Assembly: GCA_018649885.1 (NCBI GenBank)
Contig: JABIHA010000094.1
Coordinates: 1-64,000, forward strand
Length of the DNA stretch: 64,000 nucleotides
From: Bacteriovoracaceae bacterium
GTDB lineage: Bacteria; Bdellovibrionota; Bacteriovoracia; Bacteriovoracales; Bacteriovoracaceae
Reading direction: 5' to 3'
The notes under the pieces were generated by a model that was not told where the DNA came from, made no database searches, and saw only the letters and a list, made by a program, of their open reading frames with translations. The position numbers and the translations under genes are program-made. Positions 50,302 to 60,612 of this stretch are shown piece after piece; the stretch's first letter is position 1; every line of letters begins with the position of its first letter.

Positions 50302-51468
50302 ATGAGAAATCTCGCCAAAGCCGGCGTGATATTGGCAATCGGTACAGCCCTGGTGATAAACAATCATGATCAAGCGATCTACGACGATAGCTCATGGTAT
50401 TCATCAGAGGAAGTCACAAGGTCACGCTTTGATGACGAAAATGATCGAACACTTGCTTCAAATTCCCCTGAGGACTCAACCTCCCTTGCAGGAGACTGGA
50501 CATCACTAGCTGAAGCTGATGACAGCACTCCCCTCACACAAGATACAGAAACTGTAGAAGCAGAAGAGCCTGCTGAGGAAATAGTAACTCTTAAAAACAC
50601 TGAAGAGATCTTTAAATTATATGAAGCTACTTTTCCTCTACCTAGTACTGGTGATAAAAAGAAAAAGTCCTCAATTGTTACAGCAAATCCATATCGAAGT
50701 ATTGGTGATTTAGATATTAATGGATCACTAAAATACAATAATGATCAGTGCGAAGATGGTGATGGTGACCCACCAATGAAGATATCTTGCTTTGCGCTTA
50801 TAGATGTACAAATTGGGGATACGACTATCCATATTGATGAAGTCCTTCTCTCTGGTGGAATGAATGCCTATTATTATGATTACGCGGAAGACTCTACCAA
50901 AACAAGACATCGCGTAGAGGTACGGTCAAAAAAAGGTGTAAGAACAATCACCTTTATTGATGGTCCATTTAATAGATATGAGCTAACTTTTTGTATTGAC
51001 CCCTATGAATGTCAACAAGAAGATGAAGAGGTAGCACAGAGACAAGCAGACCTTAAAGCACAAGCTGAGAATATTCCAAGCGATCTCGAAACTCTCGATA
51101 TTGCAGATCAAATCAGGCAATCTGAAGTTGAACAAGATGAGCCTGAAGAATTTGAACAAGAAGAAGAAGAAGAATTTTTTGATGATGAAAACTTTGAAGA
51201 AGAAGAGCAGTTCCCTGTTGAGGAATCTGAAGAATCTCAAGCATCATTTGAAGCCAGAGAAGATTTAATGGAACGAACTGATGAGGAAGGAGATTTTGAG
51301 GAACTTTTAGATGAAAAAATGCTACGAAAAGAAGAGGCTGAAGAAGAAGAAGTTCAAGATGGATATGTAAGCAAAATAACAAGCCCAACACAAGAGATGC
51401 TTGAAAACCCGGTGGCCTACAACTCTGAGCAAATTAAAGAAGATTCAAAACATCGATTTTCATTCTAA
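50302..51468 (+). CDS. Highly acidic exported hypothetical protein
   Basis: N-terminal hydrophobic segment, Glu/Asp-rich C-terminal half. Confidence 0.75.
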   Translation: MRNLAKAGVILAIGTALVINNHDQAIYDDSSWYSSEEVTRSRFDDENDRTLASNSPEDSTSLAGDWTSLAEADDSTPLTQDTETVEAEEPAEEIVTLKNTEEIFKLYEATFPLPSTGDKKKKSSIVTANPYRSIGDLDINGSLKYNNDQCEDGDGDPPMKISCFALIDVQIGDTTIHIDEVLLSGGMNAYYYDYAEDSTKTRHRVEVRSKKGVRTITFIDGPFNRYELTFCIDPYECQQEDEEVAQRQADLKAQAENIPSDLETLDIADQIRQSEVEQDEPEEFEQEEEEEFFDDENFEEEEQFPVEESEESQASFEAREDLMERTDEEGDFEELLDEKMLRKEEAEEEEVQDGYVSKITSPTQEMLENPVAYNSEQIKEDSKHRFSF

Positions 51469-51470
51469 TA

Positions 51471-51501
51471 ATGGGACTCACTTAAAAAAAGTAAGTCCCA
51501 T
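51471..51501. terminator. Hairpin between convergent genes
   Basis: ATGGGACT..AGTCCCAT. Confidence 0.6.
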
Positions 51502-51511
51502 AAAAACCATA

Positions 51512-52471
51512 CTAATTCATTAATTTTTTAAGCTCTTCTGTTAGAACAGGTACTACCTTAAATAGATCTCCAACAATTCCATAATCAGCTTTCTGAAAAA
51601 TAGGTGCATCAGGGTCAGTGTTGATCGCTACGATTACTTTAGAAGTTCTCATACCTGCCAAATGTTGAATTGCACCTGAAATTCCACAAGCAATATACAG
51701 AGTTGGTGCAACAGTTTTTCCTGTCTGCCCAACTTGCATTGAGTGATCCGCATAACCTGAGTCAACAGCAGCTCTTGAAGCTCCTACTGTGGCCCCAAGA
51801 ACGTCGGCCATTTCGTGAAGTATTTTAAAATTGTCACTATTTTTCATGGCCCTGCCACCAGAGACAATAATACTTGCTTCAGTTAAATCCAATTTCTCAG
51901 AAGCGCCCTTGATGATCTCATTAACAACAGCTCGGATACTTCCGGCATTTCCTGTGACATCAACAACATTTGCACTTCCACCAGCAGCACTATCTGGCAT
52001 CCCAATAGAGTTTGGTCTTACAGTAACAAAATGTGGTTTTGGCCCATCAAGCTCAACTGTAGCAAGCACTTTGCCAGCAAATAGTGGTCTTGTGCCCTTA
52101 AAGGTTTCACCATCAAAATTGATTTCAACAACTTCAGAGATCATCCCAGCATCAAACATACCTGCAACTCTTGGAAACAAGTCTTTGCCCAGAGATGTTG
52201 ATCCTGCAAATACATAGTCATAAGATCCAGAACTAATCACCTCTTTAAGTGCATTTGCATACCCTTCTGGTGAATAAGTATCAAGGCCTTCACCTTTAAT
52301 CTTATGAATTGTAGTTGCGCCGTGCTTTCCAAGCTCAGCTACTCCATCATCAGAAAGACCATCAAAAGCTACAACTTCTAGTGTATGTGATGATAGTTTT
52401 CCTAATATTTCAAATGTAACGCCTTTAACGGTTCCTGAATTATGTTCCGCGAAGACTAGAATCTTAGCCAT
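51512..52471 (-). CDS. etfA: Electron transfer flavoprotein alpha subunit
   Basis: QVGQTGK, GISGAIQHLAGM. Confidence 0.97.
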   Translation of the reverse strand: MAKILVFAEHNSGTVKGVTFEILGKLSSHTLEVVAFDGLSDDGVAELGKHGATTIHKIKGEGLDTYSPEGYANALKEVISSGSYDYVFAGSTSLGKDLFPRVAGMFDAGMISEVVEINFDGETFKGTRPLFAGKVLATVELDGPKPHFVTVRPNSIGMPDSAAGGSANVVDVTGNAGSIRAVVNEIIKGASEKLDLTEASIIVSGGRAMKNSDNFKILHEMADVLGATVGASRAAVDSGYADHSMQVGQTGKTVAPTLYIACGISGAIQHLAGMRTSKVIVAINTDPDAPIFQKADYGIVGDLFKVVPVLTEELKKLMN

Positions 52472-52487
52472 TTTATTTTCCTTTTTT

Positions 52488-53276
52488 TTAAATTACTTTT
52501 GCTTCATTTCTCAAAAGTCCTACAACTTCACTGACTACTCCAGCAACTGCATCTTCATCCATGGCCTCAAACTTTTTGCCAGGAGGTTTCTCTGGAGGAA
52601 GATTGAAACTGGAATACTTCACTCTTCTGTCTCCATCAGTTACTCCAACATCTGCAAGTGAGTGTTGTGCTAGTGGCTTTCTTTTGGCCTTCATAATTCC
52701 AGGAAGAGAAGCGTATCTAGGAGTGTTGAGCCCTTTGTTACAAGCAACTACTGCAGGGGTTTTAAGAGAGTAAACTTCAATGCTACCGCCTTCAATTTCC
52801 CGTCTTAACTTGAGATCCTCTCCAGTTTGCTCAAACCCAACAACCATACTAACAGATGGAAGCTCCATCATTTGGCTAAGTAGCTGAGGAACTTGTAAAC
52901 AATCATCATCAATGGCTTGCTTACCGCAAAGAATGAGATCAGGAGTTTTCCCAGATTTCTCTATTCCGCCTTTAATGGCCTTAGCAATACAATAAGAGTC
53001 CAAATTGTCTTCAGCCTCAACAAGTATTGATTCATCAGCACCCATGGCCATCGCTGTTCTTAAAGCTTCTGTGTCTCTTACACTTCCAACTCGTACAACC
53101 GTTACCGTTGATTCGCTTTGAGCGGCTTTAATTTGAAGCGCTTGCTCAACAGCAAATTCATCATATGGATTCATAATCCACTTGATGCTATCAAGGTTAA
53201 TAAAACTACCGTCACTATTAGGAGTGACTTTGGTTTCTGTGTCTGGAACTTGTTTGACACATACAAAAATATTCAT
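52488..53276 (-). CDS. etfB: Electron transfer flavoprotein beta subunit
   Basis: VCVKQVPD, NPYDEFAVE, PRYASL. Confidence 0.97.
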   Translation of the reverse strand: MNIFVCVKQVPDTETKVTPNSDGSFINLDSIKWIMNPYDEFAVEQALQIKAAQSESTVTVVRVGSVRDTEALRTAMAMGADESILVEAEDNLDSYCIAKAIKGGIEKSGKTPDLILCGKQAIDDDCLQVPQLLSQMMELPSVSMVVGFEQTGEDLKLRREIEGGSIEVYSLKTPAVVACNKGLNTPRYASLPGIMKAKRKPLAQHSLADVGVTDGDRRVKYSSFNLPPEKPPGKKFEAMDEDAVAGVVSEVVGLLRNEAKVI

Positions 53277-53291
53277 TGTGTTCTCCCGGAA

Positions 53292-54437
53292 TTAATATTC
53301 TTTAAATATTTCTCTTGAAATGACTAGACGTTGAATTTGTGAGGTGCCTTCATAAATTTGGATCAGCTTGGCATCCCTCATTAACTTCTCGACAGGGTAT
53401 TCCTTACTATAGCCATAACCACCATAAACTTGTACCGCATCCGTCGTTATTTGCATACAGGAGTCCGCAGCAAAAGCCTTGGCCATGGAAGCTACTTTGG
53501 TATTGGGAAGGCCCTGATCCAGAAGCCATGCAGCTTTTGAAACTAAAAGCCTCGAAGCCTCAACTTTTATTCCCATATCTGCAATTATGGTTTGAATAGC
53601 TTGATGTTTAGCAATGGGAACTCCAAATTGAACGCGCTCCTTAGCGTACTGACTAGCACATTCAAGTGCCCTGACTGCACCGCCAAGTGCACATGATGCA
53701 ACCAAAGGCCTTGAATGATCAAGTGTCTTCATCGCTATCATCCACCCCTCTCCAGGGGCTCCTAGCATATTTTCTTTTGGAACTTTTACACCATTAAAAT
53801 TTAGCGATCTTGTATCTGAGCATCTGTGGCCCATCTTATCTTCAGCTTTGCCAATTTCAATACCTTCGCTAGACGCATCTATCACAATACAAGAAATGCC
53901 TTTGTGCTTTAATGCAGGATCAATAGTTCCGTAGACAACAAAAAGATCAGCGTGCCCTGCATTGGTAATCCACATCTTATTTCCAGTGACCACGTAGTGA
54001 TCACCATTATCTTTGATAGTCGTCTTTAGGCCGGCTGCATCGGAGCCATTGCCTGGCTCTGTTAAGCAAAAGCTGGCAAATTTAAATTCATTGGTAAAAG
54101 GGGTTAACCATCTTTTCTTTTGTTCATCCGAGCCCCCAATAATAATGGGAAGAAGTGCCAAGTCATTTGCCATCATGGAAGTGGTCATTCCCATACAGCC
54201 ATAGGCCAAACATTCTGTAATTAAAACGGAGTCAGAAGCAGTAAAACCAGAGCCACCATATTCGGTGGGAATAGATGTATTCATCAAACCAAGCTCCCAG
54301 GCCTTAGCTAGCACATCGCCTGGAAATTTCTTATTATCATCGTACTCTTGAGCTTTGGGATGCATTTCATTGCGTGCAAACTTAAGAGACAATTCTTTGA
54401 TTTCTTTTTGCTCAGAGGTATATTCAAAATTTAGCAT
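53292..54437 (-). CDS. Acyl-CoA dehydrogenase (MCAD-like)
   Basis: LTEPGNGSD, GNKMWITN, YGGYGY, IYEGTSQIQR. Confidence 0.95.
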   Translation of the reverse strand: MLNFEYTSEQKEIKELSLKFARNEMHPKAQEYDDNKKFPGDVLAKAWELGLMNTSIPTEYGGSGFTASDSVLITECLAYGCMGMTTSMMANDLALLPIIIGGSDEQKKRWLTPFTNEFKFASFCLTEPGNGSDAAGLKTTIKDNGDHYVVTGNKMWITNAGHADLFVVYGTIDPALKHKGISCIVIDASSEGIEIGKAEDKMGHRCSDTRSLNFNGVKVPKENMLGAPGEGWMIAMKTLDHSRPLVASCALGGAVRALECASQYAKERVQFGVPIAKHQAIQTIIADMGIKVEASRLLVSKAAWLLDQGLPNTKVASMAKAFAADSCMQITTDAVQVYGGYGYSKEYPVEKLMRDAKLIQIYEGTSQIQRLVISREIFKEY

Positions 54438-54455
54438 ACCATTCTCCCCTTATAC

Positions 54456-54923
54456 TTATTCTGGTGAATAGATTTGTGACCCTTTTTCAAAGGACTTTGG
54501 AACGTCAACCATTCTAGCAAGATTACTATAAAAAGGAAGCTCTTTCAGAGGGAGAACAACAAAACTCCTCTCTCTCCACCGTGGATGTGGAACTTTTAGA
54601 CGAGGCAAATCAATAGTTAGATCATCAAGAAATATAATATCTATATCAATAGTTCTGGGGCCCTTATCGATCTGCCTTTGCCTTCCCAACTTATTTTCAA
54701 TGGCATTAACCATATCCAGAACCTGCTCTGGATCATAATTTGGCAATTTAAATTCTGCAACACAGTTGAGAAATAGTGGTTGATCTAAATAATCCACAGG
54801 CACAGATTCATAAATAGAGCTGACTTTTATAAGGTCAAAATCCTTAGATAGCTCGAGCATTGCATTTTTCAGGTTCTGCATGCGATCGCCCAAATTTGAA
54901 CCAAGGGCCAGAACTAAACTCAT
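54456..54923 (-). CDS. folK: HPPK
   Basis: ALGSNLGDR, GPRTIDIDI, VPHPR..ERSFV. Confidence 0.96.
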   Translation of the reverse strand: MSLVLALGSNLGDRMQNLKNAMLELSKDFDLIKVSSIYESVPVDYLDQPLFLNCVAEFKLPNYDPEQVLDMVNAIENKLGRQRQIDKGPRTIDIDIIFLDDLTIDLPRLKVPHPRWRERSFVVLPLKELPFYSNLARMVDVPKSFEKGSQIYSPE

Positions 54924-55087
54924 TTGTCTTTGCTCTCACTTGGTGTGGGAGTAACAATAGGATTTAGAAATTCACTTTCCCAAGAAGGGATTTCTGTCCC
55001 AGGGGGAGGTGTTGGATCATTTTTAACACCACAACTTGATATCAATAGAGCAATTAAAAATAAAAATGAGGCTTTTTTAAAATTCAA
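54920..55087 (-). CDS. Small lipoprotein (LptM/YifL-like), absent from ORF track
   Basis: Hand translation MNFKKASFLFLIALLISSCGVKNDPTPPPG... (55 aa); overlaps upstream stop and folK start (ATGA). Confidence 0.75.
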   Translation of the reverse strand: MNFKKASFLFLIALLISSCGVKNDPTPPPGTEIPSWESEFLNPIVTPTPSESKDK

Positions 55088-56060
55088 CAGTGATTCCCAG
55101 ATTTAAAACATCTGTACCGAGGTCAAGTCTTGCAAACCAGCCTGGAACAAGTCTTTTTAACACCGTCACACCAAAAATAAAAGCACCCTTCTTTTCAAGT
55201 GCTTCTACGTCGGAAATCTCTTTTGTAAGTGCAGCTTCACCCTTAGATGTATCACTGCCATCCCCTGCTGAGGGACTTTTAGCTGTTAGGAAAAGTACTC
55301 CTCCATAGGGCTTTATAAAAATATCGAAAGGTCCTGCAAAGGTATACTTCGCTCTAATTGTAAAACCTGTCAGCGTTGTATCTAAACTTTCATCGGGATA
55401 GCCTCTAAGCACTGATTGGCCAATTGCAACCTCGGCCCAAAGATCATCCCACATCTGATACGCCCATGAACCGCCCCAATAGGTATATCTAACAGTTTCA
55501 CCATCTATATCTGGTGCAGAAATTTTCCCATAGGTAAAAGATAGTAAGTTATCAGTTTTTATTTTTCTCTTGTCATGGTCTTCAAGATCTAAGTTTTCAT
55601 TTAGTATTGCCTCATCATTATACAGATCATCTTCAGAGCCAATCACACCTCCAGACTTATCTTCTTTTTTATCCTGAAGAGCAACAAGACCTGAATCATC
55701 CCCTCTAAAGATTTGCACTTTTAGCTCGCTATCAATTGCGCCCCACAATTTTAGTGAATAAATTTTTAGAATTTTTATACCCGCTTTATCATTTATAATT
55801 TTTGCAGTGACTGCCCTGGCTATAGGCTGTTTTTTATACAGAATTGTTATGAAGTCACCTTTGTCCATTGCCTTGTTGTCATTGGTGAGAATGAGGACTC
55901 TTTTCGTGGGAGAAATTTTTTCAATTGTCTCTTCGAATAACTCAATTTCTCCAAGGGTTGCTTTTGAACTAGAAATTGTATCTACAGCGCTGGCTGCGAA
56001 GCTGGGCAGCATATAAATAGTTAGCCATAGAGCGAAAAGAAATTTTATTAGTCTCAGCAT
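55077..56060 (-). CDS. Exported protein with C-terminal outer-membrane beta-barrel
   Basis: Signal peptide, amphipathic strands, terminal GITVEF. Confidence 0.7.
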   Translation of the reverse strand: MLRLIKFLFALWLTIYMLPSFAASAVDTISSSKATLGEIELFEETIEKISPTKRVLILTNDNKAMDKGDFITILYKKQPIARAVTAKIINDKAGIKILKIYSLKLWGAIDSELKVQIFRGDDSGLVALQDKKEDKSGGVIGSEDDLYNDEAILNENLDLEDHDKRKIKTDNLLSFTYGKISAPDIDGETVRYTYWGGSWAYQMWDDLWAEVAIGQSVLRGYPDESLDTTLTGFTIRAKYTFAGPFDIFIKPYGGVLFLTAKSPSAGDGSDTSKGEAALTKEISDVEALEKKGAFIFGVTVLKRLVPGWFARLDLGTDVLNLGITVEF

Positions 56061-56295
56061 AGAGATAATTTTATATCTTAATGTCACGCAGAGCAATTAG
56101 TTCTGTAGACGATTGTTTAAGAGATTAATAAATATAGAAAATCTACTTTTTTGCAACAAGTCTGAGCTAGAGAATAGTTGACCATAAAGTCTCACCTTTG
56201 ATAGAAATTCTATGTCGAATTCCATTCACGTGTCTTTTTACTAAGACTCTAATTTTTTTATTAGATATGTGGAGAAATTTGCAATTCACGGAGGG

Positions 56296-56976
56296 ATGAT
56301 GCTGGGTGCTGATGCTTTAAACAAACTGACTTGTGCTGATAATAAACATTTTGTTGTTATTGCTGGAAACATAGGCAGTGGTAAGACTACGCTTACTAAA
56401 AAGATTTCGGAAAGATTAGGCTGGAAGCCCCATTTTGAATCAGTTCAAGACAATCCCTATCTTTCAGACTTCTACGACGACATGTCTAGGTGGTCTTTTA
56501 ACCTACAAGTCTATTTTTTAAATCATCGTTTCATGACCCATAGAGACATAGAGGTTTCTGCTAGCAGTTCTATCCAGGACCGCTCTATATATGAAGATGC
56601 TCACATCTTCGCCAGAGCATTGTTCGAGCAAGGTAATTTGTCACCGCGCGACTACGAAAATTACCAAAGGCTCTACCAATCTATGACTCAATTTTTACAA
56701 CCACCATCACTGATGATCTCTCTAAGACGTTCTGTCCCCAAGTTGCTAGAGCGTATTAAGCTTAGGGGCCGAGACTACGAGCAGGCCATACCTGTGGACT
56801 ACCTGACCAGATTAAATCAGTACTATGAAGAATGGTATAGTGCCTACAATATAGGCAAAGCACTTATAGTTGATACAGATGACCTCGATTTCTTAGACAA
56901 TGAGGATCATTTCAATAAATTAGTACACAAAATTAGCGAATCCTTTGATCAGCAAGATCTGTTTTTGCAATATTAG
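56296..56976 (+). CDS. Deoxynucleoside kinase
   Basis: GNIGSGKTT, DRSIYED, RIKLRGR.YE. Confidence 0.93.
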   Translation: MMLGADALNKLTCADNKHFVVIAGNIGSGKTTLTKKISERLGWKPHFESVQDNPYLSDFYDDMSRWSFNLQVYFLNHRFMTHRDIEVSASSSIQDRSIYEDAHIFARALFEQGNLSPRDYENYQRLYQSMTQFLQPPSLMISLRRSVPKLLERIKLRGRDYEQAIPVDYLTRLNQYYEEWYSAYNIGKALIVDTDDLDFLDNEDHFNKLVHKISESFDQQDLFLQY

Positions 56977-57055
56977 ACTAAAATATTTCCATCAAGAAAA
57001 CCTAGGCAAATTTGTCCACTTATTCTCCTATTAAGAGATAAAAACTCTCACACCT

Positions 57056-57083
57056 TCAAGTTTAAAAAAACCTCGTCCGATAG
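57056..57083 (+). promoter_or_regulatory. Sigma28-type promoter candidate
   Basis: TCAAG-15nt-TCCGATAG. Confidence 0.6.
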
Positions 57084-57139
57084 ATTATCCAAGAGAGTTA
57101 TTACTTTTACGGAACTGTGCGAAAAGTTAGGAGAGAATT

Positions 57140-57775
57140 ATGTCTTTATTAAAATTATTAGCAATACTAGGATTACTTAGTATGGTTGCATGTTCAACAC
57201 ACGAAGATGAAGCCACAAGCGAAAATGATGATGGAATTGAACTTGTTGAAGAGGATGAGGAACTAGATGGTTCTGAAATTGTCCTTGACGATGATTTAGT
57301 TGAAGAAGGAGAGGTACAAGAAATCTCCGACGCTGATTTAGAAGAAATTTCTGAAAGTGTTGATGACATGTCTATTGTCCACAACAATGCAGAAGGAAAA
57401 GGATTCGCCACATACAATATACAAAAGGGTGACACCCTTATGTGGATCGCATTCAAAATATATGGAGACTATACTAAGTGGAGACACTTAGCTCATGTTA
57501 ATACAGACAGTATTAGTAATGCCCACAGAGTTATGCCTGGGGCCGTTATTAAATATATGCCACCAGTACAAGAATTTGATTGGAACCCCACAGGGAACCC
57601 TTATCTAGTTAAAAGAGGTGATACTCTTGGGACTGTTTCAAAAGATGTTTACGGAGTGATGAGTAGATGGAAAGAGATTTATGAGCACAATAGACCGCTT
57701 ATAAGAAACCCGAATCTAATCTTCGCTGGCTTTACAATTTACTACATGGCTGATGATTCAGTAGCAATGAAGTAA
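57140..57775 (+). CDS. Double-LysM lipoprotein
   Basis: Lipobox MVAC, acidic linker, two GDTL..I/V...YG LysM repeats. Confidence 0.9.
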   Translation: MSLLKLLAILGLLSMVACSTHEDEATSENDDGIELVEEDEELDGSEIVLDDDLVEEGEVQEISDADLEEISESVDDMSIVHNNAEGKGFATYNIQKGDTLMWIAFKIYGDYTKWRHLAHVNTDSISNAHRVMPGAVIKYMPPVQEFDWNPTGNPYLVKRGDTLGTVSKDVYGVMSRWKEIYEHNRPLIRNPNLIFAGFTIYYMADDSVAMK

Positions 57776-57806
57776 AAAAAGACTTTTCTTTCTTAAACAA
57801 ATAATC

Positions 57807-57833
57807 AAAGGGTCATGCTACGCATGGCCTTTT
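57807..57833 (+). terminator. Intrinsic terminator
   Basis: AAAGGGTCATGC-tac-GCATGGCCTTTT. Confidence 0.65.
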
Positions 57834-57897
57834 GGCGTTATGAGTCTGGATAGGTAATTTCCTTCAAATCACCCTCTTTCACTGCTACTATCTTAAA

Positions 57898-58671
57898 ATG
57901 AGAACTCTTCCACTTCTTTTAATGATCATTTTTTTGCTGCAATCCTGCGCATTTTTATTAGGAGATAATGAGCAAAATATCTCCGCAAAAACTGAGTGGA
58001 AAAATGAAGATTATTCTGATCAACTAAACTGGATTGGAAATGTTTTTATTAACTCAAGCCAAAAAGGTACAATAAAAATCTCTAAGAAAAGTAAGAAGTA
58101 CCTTGGTGAGGTGATCCTCAATCTTTCAAATAATAATTCTCTCGTATTGAAGAAAAAGCTTAGCTACGAAATCATCATAATAAAGCATTCAACTCCATTT
58201 TATTTTTCACTCCCAAATGGAAAAATCATTTTATCAAGTCAAATAATCTCAAAGTATATCGAACATGAAGGTCACCTATTGGCCATCCTCAGCACAGAAA
58301 TCCTCAGAAGCAATAAAATGGCTTATGTAAAAACAAAACTTATTCCAACTGAGTTTATACCCCTCGAAAAAATGATGTTCATTCTGCGACTGCCTATTTC
58401 TATAAAATCAGAGCTGAACAAGTGGGCCTATTACTGCATGAGAAGATCTGGTTACAATGGAATGCATATTCTGAGTTGGATACAAAGACAAAATAAGAAG
58501 ATGCACGATTTTGTTCTTATGCTTGGAGATGCTAAGTCAATTGCTCTCGAGGAAACAATCTTTAAAACATTTATAATCGACAAGAAAAGTAGAGAGTCTT
58601 CTCTTAAAAAGAGATCTAACTCCTCGAAAAAATTCTATAAATTCATTGGGGAGATTAAAAAACACTCATGA
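57898..58671 (+). CDS. M48-peptidase-like lipoprotein lacking HExxH
   Basis: Lipobox LQSC; FSLPNGKIILS, LLAILSTEILR, RSGY. Confidence 0.6.
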   Translation: MRTLPLLLMIIFLLQSCAFLLGDNEQNISAKTEWKNEDYSDQLNWIGNVFINSSQKGTIKISKKSKKYLGEVILNLSNNNSLVLKKKLSYEIIIIKHSTPFYFSLPNGKIILSSQIISKYIEHEGHLLAILSTEILRSNKMAYVKTKLIPTEFIPLEKMMFILRLPISIKSELNKWAYYCMRRSGYNGMHILSWIQRQNKKMHDFVLMLGDAKSIALEETIFKTFIIDKKSRESSLKKRSNSSKKFYKFIGEIKKHS

Positions 58672-59687
58672 TAAAACTAGAACAATCTGAAACACTACTT
58701 GTTAAAGAGTTAGTAAAAAAATCGATAGAAGAAGAGCGAGTAAGCTTTGGAACTATCCAAAATATTTCAAGGCTTACAGGAGATGCTTCCACAAGGAGAT
58801 ATTACAGAGTTCAAAATTGTAATAACTCACTGGTTGTATGTTTTGACACTCCTGCTGAGCATAAGGAAAATTGCACCTTTACAGAGGTACATCAATTTTT
58901 GGAGCAAAACCAAGTTAGAGTCCCTAAAATATACGACAGCGACTACAATGCTGGGTATTTTCTCGAAGAAGATCTTGGTAACCTTACATTACTTCATAAA
59001 CTTTCATCAATAAACTCTAGCGGTGATGAATATCAACTATATGAAAAGGCAATCGATTTAGTAATCGCAATGCACTCTATTCCAATCGAAAAATACAAGA
59101 ATTTAAATTTTTACAATTTATCTTTTAATGAAGACAAGCTTATGTCAGAGGTTGATTTCACCAACCAACATTTTATAAATAACTATCTAAACTATAGTGT
59201 AACAGATGAGGAGTCTAATTTTATTAGATCGTCATTTGTCGAAATTTGCAGACTTATTGTTGGGGAAAAAATGATCTTCACTCACCGTGATTATCATTCA
59301 AGAAATTTAATGAGCGTAGATGATGAACTTGTTGTCATTGATTTTCAAGATGCACGAATGGGAGCACCTCAATATGATCTCGTTTCACTATTAGAAGATT
59401 GCTATTACCAATTAAGTGAAAGAAATAAAGAAAAATTACTTTTAAAATATATAGAATCATTTCCCACTTTGGACTTTGAGCGTTTTCATTTTATATATGA
59501 TCTAATGGCAATACAGCGAATTTACAAAGCTGTAGGAAGCTTCTCTTATATTTATTTTACAAAATCTGATAAGAGGTATCTTAAGTACATTGGGTATGGC
59601 ATGGAAAAAATAAAATCAATATTAATGAAATATCCCGAGTACAGCGAGCTTAGAAAAACCATATTCAATATTTATTATGGGAATTGA
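58668..59687 (+). CDS. amgK: MurNAc/GlcNAc anomeric kinase (APH family)
   Basis: GDASTRRYYR, HRDYHSRNLM, IDFQDA, YDLVSLL.D. Confidence 0.85.
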   Translation: MIKLEQSETLLVKELVKKSIEEERVSFGTIQNISRLTGDASTRRYYRVQNCNNSLVVCFDTPAEHKENCTFTEVHQFLEQNQVRVPKIYDSDYNAGYFLEEDLGNLTLLHKLSSINSSGDEYQLYEKAIDLVIAMHSIPIEKYKNLNFYNLSFNEDKLMSEVDFTNQHFINNYLNYSVTDEESNFIRSSFVEICRLIVGEKMIFTHRDYHSRNLMSVDDELVVIDFQDARMGAPQYDLVSLLEDCYYQLSERNKEKLLLKYIESFPTLDFERFHFIYDLMAIQRIYKAVGSFSYIYFTKSDKRYLKYIGYGMEKIKSILMKYPEYSELRKTIFNIYYGN

Positions 59688-60612
59688 TTACGTTTATATT
59701 TTAGGTGCTGGATTTGGTACCAGGATGGGTAAGCTTGGCACTGTTATTCCAAAAATTCTTTGGCCAGTATTTGAAAAGTCTATCCTAGAACTCCAAATTC
59801 AAATGGCAAAATCATTTTCTCCAAAAAAAATCTTTCTTAATACACATTTTTCACACCAAAAGATAGAGTCTTTTATAAAATCTCATTCCCTTGAAACACA
59901 AATCGAGGTCCTTTTTGAACCGCAAATTTTAGATATTGGTGGTGCAATTCACAATCTTGGCCGAAAATTGAGTTATAAGGGAAAAGTCTTGGTTCTTAAT
60001 GGAGATCAATTTTATTTTTTTGGTGAAGATGACTATAAAGATATCGTCAACCTAACTGAGGAAAACCGTAAGCACTTATTGATCGGTACAAAAGTTAAAT
60101 GGAGTGCTGGCTACAATCAACTATGTGAAGATCAAGACCAAAAATTAACGGGTATTAACCAAAATACTACTCCCGAAAAAGCTGGTTCAATGTGGACTTA
60201 CAGCGGTTGTTCAATGATCAATCTAGATTTACTGACGCCACATGATGGTGAAAGTAAGTTCTTTGATTCAGTTGCGATTCCTTCAAGGGATACTTATGTG
60301 CACCACCCAAAGGAAATTGAATATTGGGATTTTGGAACCTCAAGAAGGTATTACGACTCAATATTTAGAACCCTGAAAAAGCTCAAAGCAAATGAAAAGT
60401 CTAAGTTTTTAAATTTTCTCAATCAAAATGGTGGAATAGATTCAGATTTATTAAATGAAACTAGCTATAACTCAAAAGGCAAAAATAATATCAATTTTTC
60501 ATCTTTTAATATGGACCACCTATCCAACTCCATCATCATTGAAAGTGGTAGTGAAAATCTAACCAATTGTGGTCCTGGCATTTATCTAAATGAATACTTC
60601 GAGAAAATTTAG
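59677..60612 (+). CDS. murU: MurNAc-1-P uridylyltransferase-like nucleotidyltransferase
   Basis: GAGFGTRM, PK, NTH, LDIGG, LNGD, WDFGT; downstream of amgK. Confidence 0.78.
   Translation: MGIDYVYILGAGFGTRMGKLGTVIPKILWPVFEKSILELQIQMAKSFSPKKIFLNTHFSHQKIESFIKSHSLETQIEVLFEPQILDIGGAIHNLGRKLSYKGKVLVLNGDQFYFFGEDDYKDIVNLTEENRKHLLIGTKVKWSAGYNQLCEDQDQKLTGINQNTTPEKAGSMWTYSGCSMINLDLLTPHDGESKFFDSVAIPSRDTYVHHPKEIEYWDFGTSRRYYDSIFRTLKKLKANEKSKFLNFLNQNGGIDSDLLNETSYNSKGKNNINFSSFNMDHLSNSIIIESGSENLTNCGPGIYLNEYFEKI

Noticed and set aside
54924..55106. 60-aa plus-strand ORF
   Set aside because: Antisense shadow of the minus-strand lipoprotein gene
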